42,127 bases of DNA, taken from assembly GCA_964633745.1 (NCBI GenBank), contig CAZWHZ010000005.1, positions 1 through 42,127 on the forward strand, in the 5' to 3' direction. This DNA comes from an uncultured Acidimicrobiia bacterium. GTDB lineage: Bacteria; Actinomycetota; Acidimicrobiia; Spongiisociales; UBA4744. Under the pieces are notes generated by a model. That model had not been told where the DNA came from. It did no database searches and saw nothing but the letters and a program-made list of their open reading frames with translations. How positions within the stretch are numbered: the stretch's first letter is position 1; each line of letters begins with the position of its first letter. This document shows positions 29,994 to 40,851 of this stretch, piece after piece. The translations under genes and the position numbers were made by a program.

Positions 29994-31544
29994 ATGGGTA
30001 CCGAAGAACGCATCGAAGAACTCCGCAGATTGCGAGCTGAGGCGCTCGGTTCTGGCAGCCAACGTGCCATCGATCGCCAGCATGAGCTCGGCAAACTGAC
30101 GGCACGTGAGCGCCTGGAAACGCTCCTCGACAAGGGATCGTTCCAGGAGATCGACACGTTCGTCCGCCACCAAGCTCGAGGGTTCGGGATCCAGGACAAG
30201 CGGCCGGCGGGCGACGCGGTCGTTACGGGATGGGGAACGGTCGACGGCCGAGTCGTATTCGTGTTCGCCGAAGACTTCACCGTGTTCGGCGGTTCGCTCG
30301 GCCGAGCAGTCAGCGACAAGATCACCAAGGTGATGGACGCGGCCCTCCAGACGGGTGCTCCACTGATCGGCCTGAAGGACTCAGGTGGCGCGAGAATCCA
30401 GGAAGGGGTCGCGTCGCTGGATGGCTACGGCAGAATCTTCGAACGGAACGTGAGATCGTCCGGCGTCATCCCCCAGATCTCCGTGATCATGGGGCCGTGC
30501 GCTGGAGGAGCCGTCTACTCCCCCGCCATCACCGACTTCGTGTTTCAGGTAAGCGAGTCGAGCCACCTGTTCATCACCGGCCCCGACGTGATCCGCGCGG
30601 TCACCGGCGAGGAGGTCACGTTCGAGGAACTCGGAGGGGCTTTCGCCCATGCGGGCACATCCGGGGTCACGCACTTCGTTGCAGGCGACGAAACCGATGC
30701 TCTCGAGCAGGTTCGGTACCTCCTCTCCTTCCTTCCACAGAACAACATGGAGACACCGACTCACTTCGCCCCGGCGGATCGAGCTGATCGGCTCGAGTCG
30801 GCACTCGACTCGATCATCCCCGACTCCTCCAACCAACCGTATGACGTTGTCGATGTGATCGAACGGGTCGTCGACGAAGGCGAGTTCTTCCAGGTACATG
30901 AGCACTGGGCGAAGAACATCGTGGTCGGGTTCGCCAGACTCGACGGCTACAGCGTCGGCGTGGTCGGCAACCAGCCGGCAGTCCTGGCTGGGACGCTGGA
31001 CATTGCTGCATCTACCAAGGCGGCCCGTTTCGTCCGCTTCTGCGACGCCTTCAACATTCCCCTGATCACGTTCGTGGATGTGCCGGGCTTCCTGCCTGGC
31101 GTCGACCAGGAACATGGGGGAATCATCAGGCACGGAGCGAAGCTGCTCTATGCCTACAGCGAGGCGACCGTGCCCCGAATCACTGTGATCACCCGGAAGG
31201 CGTACGGCGGTGCCTACGTGGTCATGAACTCGCGCGGTATTCGCGCCGACATCGTCTACGCCTGGCCCTCCGCCGAGATCGCGGTCATGGGTGCTCAAGG
31301 GGCCGTCAACGTCGTGTTCCGCAGGGACCTCGCGGCAGCCGACGATCCCGAGGCAAGGCGAGGCGAGCTGATCGCCGACTACGAGCGAAGGTTCAACAAC
31401 CCCTATCGTGCCGCCGAACTGGGACTGGTGGATGAAGTGATCGAACCGAGCCTCACACGATCGAGGCTGATACGCGCCTTGGAGATGCTGCGCACCAAAC
31501 GCGAGTCGCTCCCGTCGAAGAAGCATGGGAACATCCCGCTGTGA
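29994..31544 (+). CDS. pccB: Acyl-CoA (probably propionyl-CoA) carboxylase carboxyltransferase beta subunit
   Basis: [63 protein letters not shown]. Confidence 0.92.
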   Translation: MGTEERIEELRRLRAEALGSGSQRAIDRQHELGKLTARERLETLLDKGSFQEIDTFVRHQARGFGIQDKRPAGDAVVTGWGTVDGRVVFVFAEDFTVFGGSLGRAVSDKITKVMDAALQTGAPLIGLKDSGGARIQEGVASLDGYGRIFERNVRSSGVIPQISVIMGPCAGGAVYSPAITDFVFQVSESSHLFITGPDVIRAVTGEEVTFEELGGAFAHAGTSGVTHFVAGDETDALEQVRYLLSFLPQNNMETPTHFAPADRADRLESALDSIIPDSSNQPYDVVDVIERVVDEGEFFQVHEHWAKNIVVGFARLDGYSVGVVGNQPAVLAGTLDIAASTKAARFVRFCDAFNIPLITFVDVPGFLPGVDQEHGGIIRHGAKLLYAYSEATVPRITVITRKAYGGAYVVMNSRGIRADIVYAWPSAEIAVMGAQGAVNVVFRRDLAAADDPEARRGELIADYERRFNNPYRAAELGLVDEVIEPSLTRSRLIRALEMLRTKRESLPSKKHGNIPL

Positions 31545-33307
31545 GTCAGCGTACCGGCACCTCCGAACCGATCACGTCGCTCCTGGTAGCCAACAGAGGA
31601 GAGATCGCCGTTCGTGTGCTCCGTTCGGCCAAGGAAATGGGTATTCGCACGATCGCCGTCTACTCGGAACTCGACAGGGACGCGCTCCACACACAAGTGG
31701 CCGATGAGGCTTGGAACATCGGTCCGGCCCCTTCATCCGAGTCCTATCTCGACTCCCACCGGATCCTCAGGGTCGCCAAGGAGGCAAACGCCGACGCCGT
31801 CCATCCTGGCTACGGCTTTCTTGCCGAGAACGCCGCCTTCGCCAGAGAGGTGATGGATGCCGGACTCATCTGGGTGGGTCCGCCGCCCGAGGCAATTGTC
31901 ACGATGGGATCAAAGATCACCGCCAGGCAGGCCGCTATCGAGGCGGGCGTCCCTGTGGTTCCGGGCACGAGTGAGCCACTGGAGAGCGTGGAAGAGGCAT
32001 TCACGATCGCCGCGGAGTACGGCTTCCCCGTCGCCATCAAGGCGGCTCACGGTGGTGGTGGCAAGGGGATGCGCATTGTCGGCGACGGAGCAGCCCTCAA
32101 AGAAGCGATCGAAGGTGCCAGACGTGAAGCGGAGGCGTACTTCGGCGATCCCGAGGTCTATATCGAGAAGTACATAGAGAAGCCCCGTCACATCGAAGCA
32201 CAGATCTTCGCCGACGATCACGGCCACACCGTCTTTCTGGGCGAACGGGACTGCTCCCTTCAGCGGCGCCACCAGAAGCTGATCGAAGAAACACCGGCTG
32301 CCAATATGCCTGACCGTTTACGGCGTGCGATCGGCCGCGCTGCAGTGCAGATGGCCAAGGCCTGCAACTACCGAGGTGCGGGCACGGTGGAGTTCCTCGT
32401 CGATTCCGACAGCAACTTCTACTTCCTTGAGATGAACACCCGGCTTCAGGTCGAGCACACGGTCACCGAGATGGTCACGGGCATCGACCTGGTCCAGGAG
32501 CAGATCCACGTTGCGAACGGGCTGCCCCTGTCATTCTCCAATGCGGAGCACGCGGGGCACGCGATCGAGTTCCGTATCAACGCCGAGGATCCGGCGACGG
32601 GGTTCATCCCCCAGCCTGGTCGCATCATCGATTACAGGGAGCCCGCAGGTTTTGGCGTCCGTGTGGACTCCGGCGTGAGAACCGGTTCGGAGATCAGCCG
32701 CTACTACGACACCCTGATCGCCAAGCTCGTGGTGTGGGGAAGGGACCGCGACCAGGCCATCGCGAAGGCCAGACGGGCGCTTGGCGAGTTCAAGATCGTG
32801 GGCGTACCAACCACCATCCCAGCGCACCTCATGATGCTGGACAACAATGCGTTCCTGAAGGGCACGCATCACACGTCGCTCGTGGAGTCCGAAATCGACT
32901 TCTCGGATCTGGTCCAGTCGATCCATCCGCCCGTCGAGGGTGACGAGGCACTCGCCAGGCGCGACATGACGGTGGAAGTCTCCGGTCGCAGATACACCGT
33001 GACGTTCTGGGCCCCCGAAGCTCCCACCGCAGGGGGAAGACCTCGACGCAAGCCACCCAAGCTCGACCGAGGCGCGGCCATCACTTCAGATGACGCCGGT
33101 ATCGTCACGTCGCCGATGCAGGGGACCATCGTGAAGGTGCATGTCGAGGCCGGGGATCGCGTCAGGAGCGGCGACCCGATCTGTGTCCTCGAAGCAATGA
33201 AGATGGAAAACGAGGTGCGATCGCAGGTCGACGGCGAAGTGATAGAAGTGAAGGTACGGCCCGGCGATACCATCTCGACCGGTCAGGTCATGGCGGTCAT
33301 CCGATAG
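31541..33307 (+). CDS. Acyl-CoA carboxylase alpha subunit (biotin carboxylase + biotin carrier)
   Basis: [47 protein letters not shown] and biotinylation motif EAMKME. Confidence 0.96.
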   Translation: MSQRTGTSEPITSLLVANRGEIAVRVLRSAKEMGIRTIAVYSELDRDALHTQVADEAWNIGPAPSSESYLDSHRILRVAKEANADAVHPGYGFLAENAAFAREVMDAGLIWVGPPPEAIVTMGSKITARQAAIEAGVPVVPGTSEPLESVEEAFTIAAEYGFPVAIKAAHGGGGKGMRIVGDGAALKEAIEGARREAEAYFGDPEVYIEKYIEKPRHIEAQIFADDHGHTVFLGERDCSLQRRHQKLIEETPAANMPDRLRRAIGRAAVQMAKACNYRGAGTVEFLVDSDSNFYFLEMNTRLQVEHTVTEMVTGIDLVQEQIHVANGLPLSFSNAEHAGHAIEFRINAEDPATGFIPQPGRIIDYREPAGFGVRVDSGVRTGSEISRYYDTLIAKLVVWGRDRDQAIAKARRALGEFKIVGVPTTIPAHLMMLDNNAFLKGTHHTSLVESEIDFSDLVQSIHPPVEGDEALARRDMTVEVSGRRYTVTFWAPEAPTAGGRPRRKPPKLDRGAAITSDDAGIVTSPMQGTIVKVHVEAGDRVRSGDPICVLEAMKMENEVRSQVDGEVIEVKVRPGDTISTGQVMAVIR

Positions 33308-33413
33308 GGCCCGCTTCGCGGGCCCGTATCTCGTACCTCGCAATCGTGCCTAGATCCCTGAGACCAACGACGGCCACGGTGCAAGGTACAGGGTCCGAGG
33401 TACTGCCGAAGGC
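33307..33413. repeat. Intergenic hairpin + inverted heptamer-array element, copy 4 (between convergent genes; may double as a terminator)
   Basis: Hairpin GGGCCCGC-TTC-GCGGGCCC (33307-33325). Left arm CCGTATC TCGTACC. Core CTGAGACCA (33358-33366). Right arm GGTGCAA GGTACAG GGTCCGA GGTACTG (33378-33405). Terminal GCC-GAA-GGC (33405-33413). Confidence 0.8.
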
Positions 33414-34985
33414 CTAGGGGTGGTACTCGCCGAAGACGTCCCTGAGGGCATCCGACACTTCTCCGAGTGTCGCTTCGACTCGCAGTGCTTCCTTCATCGG
33501 ATACAGCAGATTGGCGTTCCCTGCGGCGGCCTTCCGGACGTTGTCGAGCAGCACAGCTACCTGGCTCGGGTCTCGGCGGGCCCGAAGCCTCGCGAGCCGT
33601 TCCGTCTGATCCTGCTGAATCGACTCGTCGACCCGCAATACCGGAATCTCCTCTTCCTCCCCTTCTTCGAGGAACGCGTTCACTCCGACGATCGTCTGAT
33701 CGCCCGACTCGATCCTCCGAGCGGTCTCGTAGGCAGCATCTTCGATCGCACGCTGCGGGAACCCCGCCTCGATCGCTTTGACCGCCCCTCCGAGTGCGTC
33801 GACTTCGGAGAGGAGCGCGAGCGCTTCGTCCTCCAGCGCGTCGGTGAGCGCTTCGACGAAGTAGGAACCGGCGAGGGGATCGACCGTTTCCGCAACACGG
33901 GCCTCGAAGGCAAGGATCTGCTGTGTCTTCAGGGCGATCTTCGCTGCCTTTTCGGTGGGCAGACCGAGCGCCTCATCGAACGAGTTCGTGTGGAGGGATT
34001 GTGTTCCGCCTAGGACGGCAGAAAGAGCTTCGACCGCGGTGCGCACGATGTTCAACTCCGGCTGCTGCGCGGTGAGGGTGCTACCTGCTGTCTGGGTGTG
34101 GAAGCGCATCTGCCACGCCTTCGGATCGGTCGCGCCAACCCGATCACGCATGAGTCCCGCCCACATCCGGCGCGCGGCACGGTACTTGGCGATCTCCTCG
34201 AAGAACTCACTGTGTGCGTTCCAGAAGAACGACAGCCTTGGCGCGAAGCGATTCACATCGAGACCTGCGGCGATGGCTGCTTCGACGTAGGCGAGGCCAT
34301 CGGCGATCGTGAAGGCGATCTCCTGAGCGGCGGTCGAACCTGCTTCGCGCATGTGGTAGCCGCTGATGGAAATCGTATTCCATGAGGGCAACTCGTCGGC
34401 GCAATAGGAGAACACGTCGGTGACCAGCCGCATCGACACCTTCGGGGGATAGATGTAGGTGCCGCGAGCCACGTACTCCTTCAGGATGTCGTTTTGCACG
34501 GTTCCCTTGATCCTCTCAGGAGGCACTCCTTCTTCCTCGGCGACGAGCTCGTAGAGAAGTAGGAGGATGGCGGCCGTCGCGTTGATCGTCATCGATGTAC
34601 TCACTTCTCCGAGCGGAATCCGATCGAACAGGCGTCGCATGTCCTCAATGCTGTCGATCGCGACGCCCACTTTGCCGACCTCACCCTCGGACATCGGATG
34701 GTCGGAGTCATACCCCATCTGTGTGGGAAGATCGAAAGCGACCGAGAGGCCGGTCTGGCCGGCCTCCAGCAGAGCGTGGAATCTCAGGTTGGTTGCGTCC
34801 GCGTCACCAAACCCCGCGTACTGGCGCATTGTCCAGAGTCGACCCCTGTACATGGTGGGGTACGGCCCACGGGTGTAGGGGAACGCCCCTGGGTCTCCGA
34901 TGCGTTCGGGAACCTCTTCGGGTCGGTAGACCGTCTCAATGTCAATGCCGCTGCTGGTCCTATGCGCGTCGTCATTCTGAATCAT
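33414..34985 (-). CDS. Methylmalonyl-CoA mutase, substrate-binding large subunit (no B12-binding domain)
   Basis: [80 protein letters not shown]. No DxHxxG motif. Confidence 0.93.
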   Translation of the reverse strand: MIQNDDAHRTSSGIDIETVYRPEEVPERIGDPGAFPYTRGPYPTMYRGRLWTMRQYAGFGDADATNLRFHALLEAGQTGLSVAFDLPTQMGYDSDHPMSEGEVGKVGVAIDSIEDMRRLFDRIPLGEVSTSMTINATAAILLLLYELVAEEEGVPPERIKGTVQNDILKEYVARGTYIYPPKVSMRLVTDVFSYCADELPSWNTISISGYHMREAGSTAAQEIAFTIADGLAYVEAAIAAGLDVNRFAPRLSFFWNAHSEFFEEIAKYRAARRMWAGLMRDRVGATDPKAWQMRFHTQTAGSTLTAQQPELNIVRTAVEALSAVLGGTQSLHTNSFDEALGLPTEKAAKIALKTQQILAFEARVAETVDPLAGSYFVEALTDALEDEALALLSEVDALGGAVKAIEAGFPQRAIEDAAYETARRIESGDQTIVGVNAFLEEGEEEEIPVLRVDESIQQDQTERLARLRARRDPSQVAVLLDNVRKAAAGNANLLYPMKEALRVEATLGEVSDALRDVFGEYHP

Positions 34986-35027
34986 GGGTATCCTCGCGGA
35001 TGCTACACGCCGTGCCCCGGGTGAAAC

Positions 35028-37685
35028 ATGGCTGCACCGATCCACGAACTCGAACGAAGAGAGATACGAAGCCGCTGGTTCATCGCGCTCGCGTCGCTCC
35101 TGTCGATCGCGTTGCTGTCGTCCACATGGCTCGCCTTGTTCTCGTTCTTCGGGTCCAGCACCGCATTCGGTGTCTTCTCAGATCTCGAGGCCAAGTACGT
35201 GCCGGACGTTCAGGCGATGGCGCTGGACTTTCCGAATCTCTCCCGCACGTCATCGATTCTCACCCTGAACGACGTGCAGCTCGCCGAGCTCGACGACGGG
35301 AAGAACAGCGATCCTGTTCGGATAGAGGACGTACCTGAGCTGGTGATCCACGCCGCTCTCGCCGCCGAGGACAACACGTTCTATGACCACGAAGGGGTCA
35401 ACTTCGGAGCGATCACCAAGGCGTTCATCCAGAACTACCAGCTCGGAACGAGGCGTGGCGGCTCGACGATCACCCAGCAGGTCGTCGGAAGCAACTTCGT
35501 GGCCGACACCAGCACGTATACGGGAAAGCTGACGGAAGCTTTCGTCGCGGTCGAGCTGGAGCGTCGGTACACAAAGGATCAGATCCTCGAGTTCTACCTC
35601 AACTCCGTCTACTTCGGGTCTGGTGCCTACGGCATCAAGGCAGCCGCCCTCGAGTACTTCGGCAAGGACCTCGACCAGCTCACAGTCGGCGAAGCGGCCG
35701 CATTGGTCGTCCCCATCCGCAGCCCGAAGACCTACGACCCTCGCAGAAAGCAACAGAATGTCGAGAGCCGACGAAACGACGTCCTTGACGTGATGATGAG
35801 GCGAGGATGGATTACCGAGGCGCAGGCCGAAGCCGCAAAGAGGGAGAAGCTCGAAGACGAGATCATCCCGCACTCGACCTTCTCCGGCCCCGCCGACCAT
35901 GTGGTCGCTGCAGTGAAGACCGATCTGCTGCATGATCCCGAGTTCGCCTTCCTGGGTGCTACGACCGAGGAGCGCAAGAAGGCGATCTTCGGATGCCCTT
36001 CCGATGACACGACCTGCCATGGCGGCGGTGGTTTGAAGATCTATGTGACGATCAACCTCGATCTGCAGAAGAAAGCCAACTCGATCCTCGAGACGTGGCT
36101 TCCCTACCCCGATCCGGCGACCTTGACGGAAGATCAGCTGAATGCGTGCATCGCCCGATACAACGCCACGCAAACGCCTATCCCTGAGACGTCGGGACTC
36201 CGCTGCGCACCGACGGGGGCGATATCGATGATCGACAACGACACCGGCGCGATCAGAGTCATGTCGTCAGGCCTGGCGTTCGATGTGGAGCAGTTCGATC
36301 TGGCGCTCAAGGCCCAGCGCAATCCCGGCTCTTCGTTCAAGCCGTTCGGTCTGGTCGCCTACCTGGAGTCCGGCGGGTCACTGAACTCGTTCTGGGATGC
36401 TCGGAGCCCGCTCCAGATCCAATGCCCGTTCGCATGCAGCGGAAGTTCGAACGTCTGGACGGTGGGCAACGCCGGCGGAAGCATCGAGCCGGGCCTCCGG
36501 CTCTTCGACGCGACACGACGGTCGGTCAACGTGGTGTACGCGCAGGTCTCCGCGACGGTGGGGCCAGAGCACATCATCGATGTCGCCCGTCGCATGGGCG
36601 TGAACAAATCGGAGCTTCCACCGGTCTACTCGATCGTGCTGGGAGCCGGTGGAGCCACCCCGATCGAGATGGCGTCCGCGTACACGAACTTCGCCACCAA
36701 CGGCGTGTGGGCATCTCCGTATCTCGTTGAACGCATCGAGGACGTCGACGGCAACGTCATCTACCAGCACGAGACATCACACATCCAGACGGTCGACCCG
36801 GCGATCATCGCTGCGGCCCGCAAGCCGCTCCTCCTGGTGCCGACCAGCGCAGGCACCGCTCCGAAAGCCAACATCGGACGGCCACAGGGCGGCAAGACGG
36901 GGACCCATCAGAACTACGTGGACGCGTGGTTCGTCGGCTTCGTTCCCCAATACTCAACGGCAGTATGGGTTGGATATCCGGACTTCCAGTACCCGATGCG
37001 GGACATCACCATCAACGGCCAGTACTACTCCAGGGTCTATGGCGGCACGATCCCGGCGCCGATCTGGGCCGAGTTCATGACCTACGCGCTCAAGGATGTT
37101 CCGGACGGCTCGTTCCCCGAGGACCCACCCGGAGTCAACCAGTACCTCACGACTCCCACGGCAACCGTTCCGAACGTCGTCGGCTTGCCGGCCGGCCTCG
37201 ATCAGACAGGCGGCAGGCAGGCAGGCGTGGATCTGACGGCCAAGGATGTCATCTACGCCGCGCACCTCCAGCCGATCCTGGTCGAGGTCGATTCACTGGA
37301 ACCGGCAGGAACAGTGGTTGAGCAGCTCCCGCCTCCGGGACCATCGTGGGTGGACGAAGCCGGTGGAGCGCACACCATCCACGAGGGCGACCAGGTCACG
37401 CTTTCCGTTTCGACGGGAATACCCCCGAGCGCCCCACTCCCCAACCTGATTGGGAAGACGGTCGAAGAAGTACAAGCCATCCTGGACCAACTCGCCCTGG
37501 ACACGGGAGTCCAGGTGACCTTCGTTACGCAGCAGGTGCAGACGAGCGATCCAACTCTGTACGGCATCGTCATGACCACGAGCCCGGCCGCGGGGACCAC
37601 CATCACGCAAGGGACGCCAGGTTCGCAGATCACGCTCTTCATCGGCGTCGCCGCTCCGCCTCCGCCTCCGCCTCCTGGAGGATGA
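35028..37685 (+). CDS. Class A penicillin-binding protein (GT51 + transpeptidase + PASTA-like domains)
   Basis: N-terminal [25 protein letters not shown] (SxxK), SVN (SxN), KTGT. VPNVVG and LPNLIGK PASTA-like starts. Poly-Pro tail. Confidence 0.95.
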   Translation: MAAPIHELERREIRSRWFIALASLLSIALLSSTWLALFSFFGSSTAFGVFSDLEAKYVPDVQAMALDFPNLSRTSSILTLNDVQLAELDDGKNSDPVRIEDVPELVIHAALAAEDNTFYDHEGVNFGAITKAFIQNYQLGTRRGGSTITQQVVGSNFVADTSTYTGKLTEAFVAVELERRYTKDQILEFYLNSVYFGSGAYGIKAAALEYFGKDLDQLTVGEAAALVVPIRSPKTYDPRRKQQNVESRRNDVLDVMMRRGWITEAQAEAAKREKLEDEIIPHSTFSGPADHVVAAVKTDLLHDPEFAFLGATTEERKKAIFGCPSDDTTCHGGGGLKIYVTINLDLQKKANSILETWLPYPDPATLTEDQLNACIARYNATQTPIPETSGLRCAPTGAISMIDNDTGAIRVMSSGLAFDVEQFDLALKAQRNPGSSFKPFGLVAYLESGGSLNSFWDARSPLQIQCPFACSGSSNVWTVGNAGGSIEPGLRLFDATRRSVNVVYAQVSATVGPEHIIDVARRMGVNKSELPPVYSIVLGAGGATPIEMASAYTNFATNGVWASPYLVERIEDVDGNVIYQHETSHIQTVDPAIIAAARKPLLLVPTSAGTAPKANIGRPQGGKTGTHQNYVDAWFVGFVPQYSTAVWVGYPDFQYPMRDITINGQYYSRVYGGTIPAPIWAEFMTYALKDVPDGSFPEDPPGVNQYLTTPTATVPNVVGLPAGLDQTGGRQAGVDLTAKDVIYAAHLQPILVEVDSLEPAGTVVEQLPPPGPSWVDEAGGAHTIHEGDQVTLSVSTGIPPSAPLPNLIGKTVEEVQAILDQLALDTGVQVTFVTQQVQTSDPTLYGIVMTTSPAAGTTITQGTPGSQITLFIGVAAPPPPPPPGG

Positions 37686-37697
37686 TCTTTCGCGCCC

Positions 37698-37735
37698 TTA
37701 CTCGCATCTATTGACGTTGGTTTACGCTCTATGAT
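37698..37735 (+). promoter_or_regulatory. AT-rich putative promoter/operator (TTGACG, TATGAT, imperfect direct repeat)
   Basis: TTGACG 37711-37716 and TATGAT 37730-37735, only 13 nt apart (non-standard spacing). TCTAT(T)GA occurs twice, 21 bp apart. Confidence 0.45.
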
Positions 37736-37747
37736 AGTAGTAACGGC

Positions 37748-38152
37748 ATGGATACGGTGCCCGGGAACGATGTTCGTCCTCCCGTCACGACGCACCCTGC
37801 GCCGCTCCCGGGCACCGTCCGCCGATCTGCGATCGCTCGCCCACTGATCGCACCGAAGCTCCTCCCGACCACACCCGGGATAGAGCCGACCGATCCCTAC
37901 ATCCGTCGCTACTGGACCGCGGTGCTCGGCCCTACCGCGGTCACCGAACTTCTCCGATTGATCGTCGCCGCCCGTCGAAGCAGCCAGATCAGGCTCCCGC
38001 TCCGCCTTCCTCAGTTGGCCGCCGAGGGACTGGTAGCGATCCACGACGGCACGGTGTGGGTCGCCCCCCTGGTCCCGTCACTGGGGGACCGCCAGCTACG
38101 CCGCCTCTCGCCTCTTCTCAGGGCAGAACACCAACGCGCGGCGGGCGCGTAG
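37748..38152 (+). CDS. Hypothetical protein with YIRRYWTAVLGPTAVTELLRL motif
   Basis: Fills the gap between the PBP and moeB, has its own AT-rich upstream region and a protein-like amphipathic core. Confidence 0.7.
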   Translation: MDTVPGNDVRPPVTTHPAPLPGTVRRSAIARPLIAPKLLPTTPGIEPTDPYIRRYWTAVLGPTAVTELLRLIVAARRSSQIRLPLRLPQLAAEGLVAIHDGTVWVAPLVPSLGDRQLRRLSPLLRAEHQRAAGA

Positions 38153-38179
38153 CCGGGTCCAGGCGGTACGCTCTGTCGC

Positions 38180-39355
38180 ATGGCTCCCTCCTGGGTTCAA
38201 CTCCTCCGGCTTCAAATCGATGAAGTCGGATCGGGTGATGTCGCAAACCGACTCATCGTCGATGTACGGGAGTTCAGCGAGTACGCAAAGGGAACTGTCC
38301 CCGACGCCATCTGTATCCCCCTCGGTCGACTCAAGAGTGCCATAGAAGACCAGGCTCCCGACAAGACCACCCCCATCCTGCTGGTCTGCAATGTCGGAGA
38401 GCGATCGGCGGTCGGTGCAATGCTCCTGGAGCAGCTCGGGTACCACGAGGTAGCTTCGCTTCGAGACGGGTTCGAAGGTTGGCGAGCCGAGGGGCGGCCC
38501 GTTTCCGAACCCCGGATCGCCTCCTCAAACACCTACGCTCGCTACGAACGCCACATCATCCTGCCCGGCGTCGGCGAGCGCGGTCAGCAGAAGCTGCTCG
38601 AATCCAAGGTGCTGATCGCAGGAATGGGTGGACTTGGATCACCTGCAGCGATCTACCTCGCCGCCGCCGGGGTAGGCACCATCGGTCTCGTCGACTTCGA
38701 CGTCGTTGACGTGACCAACCTCCAACGCCAGATCGTCCACACGACCGATCGGATCGGAGAACCGAAGGTCGAGTCCGCCCGAGCTGCGTTGGCCGCCCTC
38801 AACCCCGACGTGGACATCGTCCCCCACCAGGTACGTCTCGACTCGACCAACGTGCTCGGGATCCTGAGCGCGTACGACCTCATCATCGACGCAACCGACA
38901 ACTTCCCCACTCGCTACCTCCTCAACGACGCATCGCTCCACCTCAGGATCCCGGTGATCCACGGATCGATCTTCCGTTTCGAAGGCCAGGTGTCGGTCTT
39001 CTCCCCCTACGAAGGACCCTGCTACCGATGCCTGTTCCGAGAGCCACCTCCGCCGGAGCTTGCACCGTCGTGCGCAGAGGCCGGGGTGTTCGGCGTGCTG
39101 CCGGGAGTGATCGGCTCGATCCAGGCAACAGAGGCCATCAAGGTGCTCCTCGGCATCGGCGATCCGCTCATAGGCCGGCTGCTCCTCTACGACGCCCTCG
39201 ATCAGGAGTTCCGATCCGTCAATCTGCGGCGGGATCCGTCCTGCCCGGCCTGTGCCGATGAGCACCATCCCCCGAAGATCGTCGACTACGACGGGTACTG
39301 CATACCTGCGGGCACCGTGGTGCGCCCTCAAGTTCACGGCGAAGCGGGCCGATAG
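38180..39355 (+). CDS. moeB: Sulfur-carrier adenylyltransferase MoeB/ThiF with N-terminal rhodanese domain
   Basis: Rhodanese DVREFSEY...CNVGERS. ThiF/MoeB RYERHIIL, GMGGLGSP, DVTNLQRQ, DNFPTRY, PCYRC, SCAEAGV, CPAC. Confidence 0.92.
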   Translation: MAPSWVQLLRLQIDEVGSGDVANRLIVDVREFSEYAKGTVPDAICIPLGRLKSAIEDQAPDKTTPILLVCNVGERSAVGAMLLEQLGYHEVASLRDGFEGWRAEGRPVSEPRIASSNTYARYERHIILPGVGERGQQKLLESKVLIAGMGGLGSPAAIYLAAAGVGTIGLVDFDVVDVTNLQRQIVHTTDRIGEPKVESARAALAALNPDVDIVPHQVRLDSTNVLGILSAYDLIIDATDNFPTRYLLNDASLHLRIPVIHGSIFRFEGQVSVFSPYEGPCYRCLFREPPPPELAPSCAEAGVFGVLPGVIGSIQATEAIKVLLGIGDPLIGRLLLYDALDQEFRSVNLRRDPSCPACADEHHPPKIVDYDGYCIPAGTVVRPQVHGEAGR

Positions 39356-39362
39356 GTGTGAG

Positions 39363-40802
39363 GTGAGGAAAACACTCGGTCTCGTTGTCGCGTCACTTCT
39401 CGCGTTCGCTTTCCTTCCTCATGCCCCTGCCCTCGCCGCGACAGATACCTACCTTATGGTGTTCCCCGTTTCGGGCCCTCACCACTACACGGATACGTTC
39501 GGCGCGCCTCGTTCCGGTGGTCGCACCCACCAGGGAATCGACATCATGGCCGACAAGATGACACCGATCGTCGCAGTCGCCGACGGGACCGTCGGGTGGA
39601 TGCACGACGAACTGGGTGGGGACTGCTGCATGATGGCGCTCAACCACGACGATGGGTGGGTGTCCTGGTACATCCATATGAACAACGACACGCCCGGTAC
39701 CGATGACGGGCAAGGTTGGGGTTTTGCTCCCGGTATCGCGACGGGAGTGCACGTCATCGCGGGTCAGCTGATCGGTTGGGTCGGAGATAGCGGCAACGCC
39801 GAATCGGTTTCTCCGCATCTCCACTTCGAACTACACACCCCTGACGGCGTCGCAATCGATCCGTACCAGGCCCTGATCGCCGCCGAGGCTGCTGCCGATC
39901 CTATCCCTCGCCTTGCGGGGCTCGATAGGTATGGCACAGCTGCCGAGATTTCAAAGGAGGCTTTCCCGTCCGGCTCTGATCGCGTCTACATAGCAACGGG
40001 AATGGACTTCCCTGATGCCTTGATCATCGGTCCGGTTGCCGGCATTCAGAACCACCCGGTGCTCCTCGTCACGAAAGACGTCGTGCCCACAGTCACCACA
40101 CGAGAACTCGAGCGACTGAGCCCATCGACGATAACGGTGATCGGTGGAACCGAATCAATCTCGGACGACGTGCTGGCTCGACTGCGTCAACTCACATCCG
40201 CAGAGGTTGAGCGACTCCCAGGTTCCAGCCGGTACGAGACGGCTGCGGCCGTTTCCTCATTTGGATTCCCATCCGGGGCGAACGTCGCTTTCGTCGCAAA
40301 TGGTGACGCGTACCCGGATGCGCTGACCGGGGCGGTGGCAGCAGCACAAGAGAGTGGTCCGCTGCTTCTGGTCGAACTGGACAAGATCCCCGAAGCAACT
40401 GCAACAGAGCTCGAACGCCTTCACCTCGATCGGATCGTCATCCTGGGTGGCGAGGGTGTGGTATCAGCCAGGACAGAGCAAGCGCTGCACGCATACGCGA
40501 CGACGGTTGATCGCGCGTGGGGATGGGATCGGTACGAGACGGCCGTCGCGATTTCCAAGGCGTTCTTCCCCGACGGTGCATCAATCGTCTACATCGCTAC
40601 TGGACTCAACTTCCCGGATGCACTCGCAGGTACACCACTGGCTGCGCTCCGCGATGGGCCGATCCTGCTTGTGTCGAATACGGTTCCGTCGATCATCCTG
40701 GCCGAGATCTCCAGGTTGGCCCCAACCGACATCGTGATCCTCGGAGGCACTGGTGCCGTCCCGCTATCTGTCAGCTATGCGCTGGCCGTCTATGTGAACT
40801 GA
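39363..40802 (+). CDS. Secreted M23 peptidase with three cell-wall-binding repeat 2 (CWB2) modules
   Basis: Signal peptide from GTG 39363, HQGID (HxxxD) and HLHFE (HxH). Three repeats starting RLAGLDRYGTA / RLPGSSRYETA / RAWGWDRYETA, each with F/YPDAL and ILGG-type motifs. Confidence 0.9.
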   Translation: MRKTLGLVVASLLAFAFLPHAPALAATDTYLMVFPVSGPHHYTDTFGAPRSGGRTHQGIDIMADKMTPIVAVADGTVGWMHDELGGDCCMMALNHDDGWVSWYIHMNNDTPGTDDGQGWGFAPGIATGVHVIAGQLIGWVGDSGNAESVSPHLHFELHTPDGVAIDPYQALIAAEAAADPIPRLAGLDRYGTAAEISKEAFPSGSDRVYIATGMDFPDALIIGPVAGIQNHPVLLVTKDVVPTVTTRELERLSPSTITVIGGTESISDDVLARLRQLTSAEVERLPGSSRYETAAAVSSFGFPSGANVAFVANGDAYPDALTGAVAAAQESGPLLLVELDKIPEATATELERLHLDRIVILGGEGVVSARTEQALHAYATTVDRAWGWDRYETAVAISKAFFPDGASIVYIATGLNFPDALAGTPLAALRDGPILLVSNTVPSIILAEISRLAPTDIVILGGTGAVPLSVSYALAVYVN

Positions 40803-40851
40803 CAACGGGTTTTCGCGACCTATCCTCGCGTAGGCTTGAAGGAGGGCTTGC

